The notes beneath the pieces were generated by a model, which searched no databases, was not told where the DNA came from, and worked only from the letters and a program-made list of their open reading frames with translations. Position numbers and translations under genes: made by a program. DNA of 64,000 nt from Candidatus Yanofskybacteria bacterium (GTDB lineage Bacteria > Patescibacteriota > Minisyncoccia > 2-02-FULL-40-12 > IGHO2-01-FULL-4-A), in NCBI GenBank assembly GCA_016181175.1, contig JACOZV010000004.1, positions 7,718-71,717 of the forward strand, written 5' to 3'. Positions within the stretch are counted from its first letter, which is position 1; each line of letters opens with the position of its first letter. Below are positions 58,478-64,000 of this stretch, piece by piece.

Positions 58478-58666
58478 TTACTTTTTTGGTTTCTTGATAT
58501 TCGATCGAGAACGAATAAACGCCTCGAGATCGCTCTCGCTGATCCGCCAATAGCCGACTTTGGTCGCCTTGAGCCGCCCACTCGAAATATAGCGATACAA
58601 GGATCGCTCGCTAACTCGCAAATACTTTGCCGCTTCACGTAATGTAAGAAATTTCTTTTTGGTCAT
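58478..58666 (-). CDS. excisionase/AlpA-family helix-turn-helix DNA-binding protein
   Basis: LTLREAAKYLRVSERSLYRYISSGRLKATKVGYWRISESDLEAF. It is the first gene of the defence operon. Confidence 0.65.
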   Translation of the reverse strand: MTKKKFLTLREAAKYLRVSERSLYRYISSGRLKATKVGYWRISESDLEAFIRSRSNIKKPKK

Positions 58667-58704
58667 AGGTCAATTGATTTCATTCTATCGCAAAAAAGCC
58701 ACAT

Positions 58705-58723
58705 GGTCAAATGTGGCAAAGTC
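58705..58723 (+). repeat. 19-mer GGTCAAATGTGGCAAAGTC (copy 1), embedded in the palindrome gccacat-ggtcaa-atgtggc
   Basis: Matches 59333..59351 at 18/19. Confidence 0.8.
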
Positions 58724-58747
58724 GGTTATCTTCCTAAAAGGCAGGTG

Positions 58748-59188
58748 TTAGCAGGGGTAACCATTTGGACAAATATCTTCCTGTCGTTCGGTCGTCGGAT
58801 CAATAGGGGTGTTTAAGTCCGGCACGGTATGGTTGCGTGCCATCAACCACCAAACGAGAAGTATCCAAAATCCCCAAAATAAAACTACTGGAACAACTTT
58901 TGAGATGTTTTTCTTTACTCTGATTTTCAACGGAGGGTGAAGTACATGTTTAAGCTCATGGCTTGCTAAATCGCCGTACTCGATTTTCTCCACACACTTT
59001 GGACACGCAACAAATTCTTTCTGCTGCTCGGAAAAGCGCTTGTTTACTCTTGCCCAGAACCCCTCGTCAATAAATGGATTTCTATTTTTTCCGCTCATAG
59101 TTTTGTGAGCGGCGAGTTTTGAAACACAAAACCCACCACTGGGAGGGCTTGCGCCCCTATGGAAGTTTCCCTCCATAACGTTAGGCAC
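58748..59188 (-). CDS. hypothetical protein with CxxC motif and C-terminal TM helix
   Basis: ACPKCVEKIEYGD...; C-terminal VVPVVLFWGFWILLVWWLMA. Start uncertain. Confidence 0.4.
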   Translation of the reverse strand: MPNVMEGNFHRGASPPSGGFCVSKLAAHKTMSGKNRNPFIDEGFWARVNKRFSEQQKEFVACPKCVEKIEYGDLASHELKHVLHPPLKIRVKKNISKVVPVVLFWGFWILLVWWLMARNHTVPDLNTPIDPTTERQEDICPNGYPC

Positions 59189-59332
59189 GCCCCAAATGAT
59201 GGGTTTTCTATGCCTAACGATTTGCGACCATGCCGCCAGCCGAAGCCGATGGTTTAGATCATTTGATATCCAATTGTGTTTTTAAGTATATCAGAAAAAC
59301 ATGAGATCCTGCAACGGATGAAAAATACTGCT

Positions 59333-59351
59333 GGTCAAATGTGGCAAGGTC
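59333..59351 (+). repeat. 19-mer GGTCAAATGTGGCAAGGTC (copy 2)
   Basis: Direct repeat of 58705..58723. The two copies bracket the divergent control region. Confidence 0.8.
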
Positions 59352-59371
59352 TGCTAAAATGAGTTTTAAGA

Positions 59372-59869
59372 ATGACGATGAATATGAAAATGAATAGTAA
59401 AAAAACCGAACCATTTCGCGTTGTTATAAATACAAGTACCGACCCCAATGTGCCATTGATTGAGCTTGTACGTGGTAACCGGAAAGCCAAACTTCCACCT
59501 ATTGCGATCAAAAACGTACGTCTTGATACCGATCGCTATTTGCTTGTCGTAAATGACGGCGAGCGCGTTGTTGCCTTTAAGTCAAAAAGGCACAAGAAGG
59601 GACTGGATAAAGAAACGAAGCTATTTAAAGTGCTGGTATTGCTTTTTGATTTTCGCCTCGAAAAAAAGGGTGAAAAAATACTCCACAGCAAAAACCTTAA
59701 CCCCGACTACACTTCTCTAAAAAATATCGCCGGAAATAGCGGAAGCCCAACACAAGAAGCAGCATATAGAAACATAAAGCGGTTAAATGGCTACTTTGAG
59801 GAAAATGGCTTGTCTATATGGATTGAAAAACACGGCAATGATTGCCGCCTCGTAGTTAAGAAGAGTTAA
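59372..59869 (+). CDS. hypothetical protein
   Basis: ORF only; no motif recognised. Confidence 0.4.
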   Translation: MTMNMKMNSKKTEPFRVVINTSTDPNVPLIELVRGNRKAKLPPIAIKNVRLDTDRYLLVVNDGERVVAFKSKRHKKGLDKETKLFKVLVLLFDFRLEKKGEKILHSKNLNPDYTSLKNIAGNSGSPTQEAAYRNIKRLNGYFEENGLSIWIEKHGNDCRLVVKKS

Positions 59870-59986
59870 TACGCGGACATTATTTTTACAGAAGCGCTCG
59901 ATACTTTAAGGATAAAAGCGCTCAAAAAGTAGAAAAAATCCCTCAAGGGACATTTTGAAAATGTCCCCGATTTTTCTCAATAGTGA

Positions 59987-60298
59987 ATGATATGGTCAAA
60001 GCAAGATACGCTTTGGCTTTTTTGTTTTCCCAAGCCAGCGCGGTCGGATGATATGAAGATACTAAATGAAAAAAACTTTTATCAAACTTCTGACTTTTGC
60101 CTCGCAACGGTTATTTCACTTTCTTTTCCGATAGAAGCAGTAGATCGGCAGAACACGCGAAAAGTTCAATTTATATTTCGTCGCAATAACGTCCTCGATA
60201 AGCTGATCGAGGATTTTTGGCGTGGTGAGATCCGAATTGATCCACAGCTTTTCTATAACCAATTACGAGTGATGAAAGCTCGGATTTACAACGACTAA
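59987..60298 (+). CDS. hypothetical protein
   Basis: ORF only. Confidence 0.35.
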   Translation: MIWSKQDTLWLFCFPKPARSDDMKILNEKNFYQTSDFCLATVISLSFPIEAVDRQNTRKVQFIFRRNNVLDKLIEDFWRGEIRIDPQLFYNQLRVMKARIYND

Positions 60299-60299
60299 C

Positions 60300-60554
60300 A
60301 TGCTTAAACCATCGGCAATTGAAGAATTAAGGTCGATATTGCTCGAAGAGTTTGGGCGTGATGTTGATATTAAAACAGCCAGAACGATCGGCGAGGATTT
60401 AGTCGGCTTCTACGACACTCTCGCAAAGATCGCGCATAAGGATAAAACGATAAGCAAAAATCTTTCCCCTTGCTCGGGTTCCATAGTGGACTATCCACTT
60501 GCAATGAGTAGTTCATTGAAAAAGAGGGTGGAACCCGAACAAAGAGAAAGATAA
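60300..60554 (+). CDS. hypothetical protein
   Basis: ORF only; tightly packed with its neighbours. Confidence 0.35.
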   Translation: MLKPSAIEELRSILLEEFGRDVDIKTARTIGEDLVGFYDTLAKIAHKDKTISKNLSPCSGSIVDYPLAMSSSLKKRVEPEQRER

Positions 60555-60565
60555 AAAAAGAAATT

Positions 60566-62125
60566 ATGAAAAACATTTTTAGTGGTAACCACAAAAAAGG
60601 AAAGGTGTCCGACAAACTGAAGGGCGCGGAATTGGTTTTAGATGTGATCGAAAAAAGCGACTTATGGCTCTTTCACGATCAATTAAACGAGGCATACGCC
60701 GTTATAGCTGGTGATGGAGCATCAATAATGAAAATCGACTCGCAAAAGTTCCACAACTGGCTTTTTAATCATATCTATGACGAAACCGGAAAGATCAGCA
60801 ACACAGCCGCGTGCGAGGCAGCCATAAAGGTTCTGAAACATCAAGCAGAAACTGGGAATCTATTTGAGCTTGGAGTTAGGGTAAAACTGCGTGAGGGCGG
60901 TATTTGGTACGATCTCGGCGGTCAAAACTTTGTGAGTATCGCAGAAGATGGATGGTTGGTAACTGATCCTCCGCAACCAATCCTCTTTAAGAGGTTCGGG
61001 CATCAAAAAGAGCAGGTGCGACCGGAACGCGAGGGTAGCATGAATGAGTTTATGGAGCTTATTAACCTACAAGACAAAAAAGAATCTTTGCTCCTCATGG
61101 TTTACTTGGTTGCATCGTTTATTCCTAACTTTCCTCATCCTGTATTGATTGTGCATGGTTCGCAGGGGGCTGCTAAAAGTACCGCATGTAAATTGATTAA
61201 AGAATTAGTGGATCCATCTGCATTAGAAACTTCGACTATAAACGACGATAAAGACATAAAAGAATTGGTACAAGCCGCATCGCATCATTGGCTGTTAGTT
61301 CTCGATAATATCTCCTATATCTCCGAGAAAATCTCGGACACGATCTCACGAATATGTACCGGAGGCGGATTATCTAAAAGAATACATTATAGCAATGACG
61401 ACGACTTCATTTACAACTTTATGCACATAGTCGCCATTAACGGAATCCATCAGATCGTAAGCAAGCCCGATCTCCTCGATCGATCAATCTTGTTGGCGCT
61501 TGAACGCATCCCTGAAGATAAAAGGATAACGGAGGAGCAACTTTGGGGTCGTTTCAATGCAATGAAAGGAAGAGTTCTCGGCGCGGTTTTCGATGCCGTA
61601 TCCGGAGCATTGCGTGAATATCCGAATGTGCAGTTAGCAACATTGCCACGAATGGCGGACTTTGCACGCTGGGGATGCGCTATTGCGAGGACGCTCGGCT
61701 ACACCGACGAGGACTTTATGAATGTATACAAAACGAATATCGGAAGGCAGAACCAAGAGGCGCTTTCAGCAAGCGCCACAGCAGCAGTCATCATCAAGCT
61801 CATGGAAGATAATGATGTTTTCGAAGATACACCATCTGCTCTTTTGCGACTAATGGATCCGATAGCCGACGATCTCAAGGTAAAAGAAGCGAAGGATTAT
61901 CCACGACAGGCAAACTGGCTTTGGAGGCGCATTGAAGCGGTTATACCGAACCTTGCTGACGCCGGCATAAAGGTCGAGCAAACGAAAGATACTGAACGGA
62001 AGATAAAAATATCAAAGATATTGCGCGGTGATGACAGCACTGAAATTATGCCGTCTTCCGAAAAACCAGCAGAAGAACCTGCAAAAGACAGCATCGACAG
62101 CATAGACGGCACTTTCCCCCTGTAG
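60566..62125 (+). CDS. plasmid/phage replication-associated P-loop NTPase (primase-helicase C-terminal / D5-VirE-like)
   Basis: Walker A VLIVHGSQGAAKSTACKLI; Walker B WLLVLDNIS. The size and context are typical of replication proteins on integrative elements. Confidence 0.5.
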   Translation: MKNIFSGNHKKGKVSDKLKGAELVLDVIEKSDLWLFHDQLNEAYAVIAGDGASIMKIDSQKFHNWLFNHIYDETGKISNTAACEAAIKVLKHQAETGNLFELGVRVKLREGGIWYDLGGQNFVSIAEDGWLVTDPPQPILFKRFGHQKEQVRPEREGSMNEFMELINLQDKKESLLLMVYLVASFIPNFPHPVLIVHGSQGAAKSTACKLIKELVDPSALETSTINDDKDIKELVQAASHHWLLVLDNISYISEKISDTISRICTGGGLSKRIHYSNDDDFIYNFMHIVAINGIHQIVSKPDLLDRSILLALERIPEDKRITEEQLWGRFNAMKGRVLGAVFDAVSGALREYPNVQLATLPRMADFARWGCAIARTLGYTDEDFMNVYKTNIGRQNQEALSASATAAVIIKLMEDNDVFEDTPSALLRLMDPIADDLKVKEAKDYPRQANWLWRRIEAVIPNLADAGIKVEQTKDTERKIKISKILRGDDSTEIMPSSEKPAEEPAKDSIDSIDGTFPL

Positions 62126-62190
62126 GTTTTGGGGTTGTAGGGGTAAATAAAGAAATAGGAATTGCTGTCTGTGTTGTCGGTAAAAAAACT

Positions 62191-62418
62191 ATGAAGAATC
62201 GAACCGAACAATTTAGAGCATGGCGAAGGCGCAATCCGGCGGCATGGAACGCTATTGTAAAGCGCTGCAAGCGCAAGGGGCGCGCGCTCAAGCTACAGTG
62301 GGTTATAAACGAGTATTCGCGCTGGCAGAAGTGGTGTGCAGCGCATCCAGCACAACACCGTAAAATAGCACGCGATTCTTACCACAGAAGAAAAACAAAT
62401 AAGATCAGGGATGCTTGA
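62191..62418 (+). CDS. small basic hypothetical protein
   Basis: Arg/Lys/Trp-rich, 75 aa. Confidence 0.35.
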   Translation: MKNRTEQFRAWRRRNPAAWNAIVKRCKRKGRALKLQWVINEYSRWQKWCAAHPAQHRKIARDSYHRRKTNKIRDA

Positions 62419-62419
62419 G

Positions 62420-62622
62420 TTGTATTCATTGTCAGATTTTTATCTGGCAGCAAGCTGGGTTGTATTCGTTGTCAAAGTGTACATGGATATAACTACAGTA
62501 GTAATGTGCGCATAAAAGATGGGGTTGAACAGGAGTGCGTGTCGTATTGTCAAGCTTCGAAGCAAGTATTGCACGCAAAGAAAAGATGGCTTGATTGAAA
62601 ACGTGTATTTGTTTGTCAAGCC
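62420..62622 (+). repeat. four direct iteron-like repeats GTTGTATTCRTTGTCAAG, at 62420-62435, 62460-62477, 62539-62555 and 62603-62622
   Basis: The repeat consensus was read directly. It lies upstream of the recombinase promoter. Confidence 0.7.
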
Positions 62623-62653
62623 CCGAAGAGAAAAACAAGGAAAAAAGTAAACA

Positions 62654-62682
62654 TTGTATCGACAATGTATTGATAGTATAAT
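62654..62682 (+). promoter_or_regulatory. sigma70-like promoter: TTGTAT - 17 nt - TATAAT
   Basis: Optimal 17-nt spacing with a perfect -10 box. It is overlapped by the small palindrome cattg-tatcga-caatg. Confidence 0.5.
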
Positions 62683-62710
62683 GGCAATGTACCCCCAGTT
62701 GCACTACAAT

Positions 62711-62770
62711 CCGTGATTTTTTATTGGCTTCTGCCCTTAAGGGGGGCGGTGCCGGAAGCCAATCCTCACG
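62711..62770 (+). other. structured 5' leader of the recombinase gene
   Basis: ccgtga...tcacgg encloses ttggcttc...gaagccaa, two nested perfect stems. Confidence 0.35.
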
Positions 62771-62808
62771 GAAAAAGCGACTGGGGTACCACCGCTCCCT
62801 TTAAGTTT

Positions 62809-64000
62809 ATGAAAAACGAACAAAATACAACTAAAAATAAGGCGATTTCCTTTTGCCGCGTAAGCTCGAAGGAGCAAGCCGATGAGGGTTATTCGCTTGA
62901 ATCGCAGGAAAAGCTACTTGAGGCATACGCTACAGACGATAAACGAGATTTTAAGATCATCAAGATCTATAAGATCACGGAATCAGCGAGCGGAAAGCAG
63001 GTACGAAAGACATTTCAGGAAGCACTGAAATACGCCACTGATCAAAAAATAAAGATCATTCTGTGTGAAAAGATTGATCGATTAACACGCAACCTTAAAG
63101 ACGCCAGCACAATTGACGATTGGGTAAAGGATAAAGACACTACCGGTCGGCAGGTTCACTTTGTAAAGGAAAACTTTATTCTTAACGCTGATACAAAGGC
63201 ACACGATAACCTTGTGTGGGATATGAAGGTGGCTATTGCGCGTTTCTATTCAAACAATCTATCCGAAGAAGTGAAGAAGGGGCAAAAGGAAAAGATCGCG
63301 CAAGGATGGCTTCCTACGAAGCCGCCGCTTGGGTATCGCACGATCGGCGACAAAGGGCATAAAACGCACGAAATTGACGAGAAGATCGCCCCATATATCC
63401 GTAAGATGTTTGAGCTTTACGCTACCGGTAATTACTCAACGCTTTCTTTGGTAAGGGTTATGTACAAGGAAGGTTTGCGCAACCGCGAGGGTAAAAGGGT
63501 TGGAAAGAGTAGATTGCATCAATTGCTTTCGGATCCATTTTATTACGGCAAGATGCGATGGAAAGGCGAGGTTGTTAAAGCAGAACACGAACCCCTTATT
63601 CCGAAAGAATTGTTTGACGACGTTCAAAAAATACTTGTCCGGAAGATCAAATATCCCATGTATAGGAAACACCTCCCTATATTTAAGGCGATGCTGCGCT
63701 GCGGAGAGTGCAAAGGCACTGTTACGTGGGAAATACAAAAAAATCATTGGTACGCTCACTGTAGCCATTACCGAAACTGCAAGCAAAAAAAGTATGTCCG
63801 GCAGGAAGCTGTCGAAGAACAGCTTTTCCCATACTTTGATCGAGTTGCCCCGATAAACACGCGCTTGCTGCAGTGGCTTGAGAAGCAGCTTAAAGAAAGC
63901 CACACCGAAGAGATCAAATACAACACCTCAAAGCGAGAGGAGTTAAACCGGATCATCGCAACCGCCGATAGACGGATCGAGGCGGCGTATAAAGAGAAGC
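62809..64000 (+). CDS. large serine recombinase (resolvase catalytic domain + recombinase domain + zinc ribbon), 3'-truncated by the window end
   Basis: My own translation gives MKNEQNTTKNKAISFCRVSSKEQADEGYSLESQ... (catalytic Ser), then DPFYYGKMRWKGE and CGECKG...C. It is not in the ORF table because it has no stop within the window. Confidence 0.85.
   Translation, partial: MKNEQNTTKNKAISFCRVSSKEQADEGYSLESQEKLLEAYATDDKRDFKIIKIYKITESASGKQVRKTFQEALKYATDQKIKIILCEKIDRLTRNLKDASTIDDWVKDKDTTGRQVHFVKENFILNADTKAHDNLVWDMKVAIARFYSNNLSEEVKKGQKEKIAQGWLPTKPPLGYRTIGDKGHKTHEIDEKIAPYIRKMFELYATGNYSTLSLVRVMYKEGLRNREGKRVGKSRLHQLLSDPFYYGKMRWKGEVVKAEHEPLIPKELFDDVQKILVRKIKYPMYRKHLPIFKAMLRCGECKGTVTWEIQKNHWYAHCSHYRNCKQKKYVRQEAVEEQLFPYFDRVAPINTRLLQWLEKQLKESHTEEIKYNTSKREELNRIIATADRRIEAAYKEK

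Noticed and set aside
58477-58638. N-terminal 54 residues of the called GmrSD ORF (MKRQSICELASDPCIAIFRVGGSRRPKSAIGG...)
   Set aside because: Non-protein-like composition. The same DNA encodes a convincing AlpA/Xis-type HTH protein in another frame (58478..58666). The GmrSD start was moved to MQKYTV.
62432-62704. ORF 62432..62704(-)
   Set aside because: It overlaps the iteron array and the consensus promoter on the opposite strand. It has a Cys/His-rich odd composition and is more likely non-coding control DNA.

Overview
This 64 kb window is low-GC and gene-dense, and looks like a small-genome bacterium. A Candidate Phyla Radiation (Patescibacteria) origin is my inference from the short EF-Ts, the giant cohesin/dockerin-like surface proteins and the sparse metabolism. 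Most genes are on the minus strand.

In order along the window:
- 1-1220: a tRNA cluster (Trp-CCA, Thr-GGT, Tyr-GTA, Thr-TGT) in a thrU-tyrU-glyT-thrT-like order. It contains a small GIY-YIG nuclease gene bracketed by perfect 18-bp inverted repeats and a duplicated tRNA-Thr 5' half. It also contains a 16-bp duplication of the tRNA-Tyr 3' end around a hairpin-rich 185-nt segment.
- 1.2-3 kb: rpsB-tsf and a membrane TPR protein.
- 3.3-16.8 kb: cell-surface genes. These are a 1231-aa cohesin-like giant protein with a (G)13 tract near its 3' end, a cohesin-like anchored protein, a dockerin-bearing protein, a GT-C-like membrane glycosyltransferase, a class-A beta-lactamase-like hydrolase, and a roughly 1150-aa glycine-rich tail-fibre-like gene broken into three frames.
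- 17-26 kb: rpmE, prfA, rplY, tgt, peptidase-like genes, a CYTH/P-loop fusion, uppS, uppP and DoxX.
- 26.8-38.4 kb: alpha-glucan phosphorylase, class II RNR nrdJ, a TIM-barrel isomerase, an ALDH, an SDR epimerase and a 3-hydroxyacyl-CoA dehydrogenase/enoyl-CoA hydratase fusion.
- 38.4-48.5 kb: a bifunctional nuclease, DUF167, a TspO-Gmad2 fusion, and a thiol-redox cluster (trxB, zinc-ribbon proteins, DsbA-like, CcdA, ResA-like, glutaredoxin, DoxX). Then a frameshifted DUF3179, ArsR and a flavodoxin-like reductase.
- 48.9-64 kb: a mobile defence island. On the minus strand a tight operon runs HTH(Xis-like) > GmrSD type IV > hsdR > hsdM > 209-aa TM protein > HsdS with a C-terminal Panacea(DUF4065)-like extension > 492-aa PD-(D/E)xK protein > 56-aa protein. 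On the plus strand are hypotheticals, a replication-type P-loop NTPase, an iteron-like repeat array with a sigma70-like promoter, and a large serine recombinase that runs off the window end.

The HsdS-Panacea-like fusion with the adjacent nuclease-motif protein and the embedded TM protein is the most likely undescribed system. No CRISPR array or rRNA was found.
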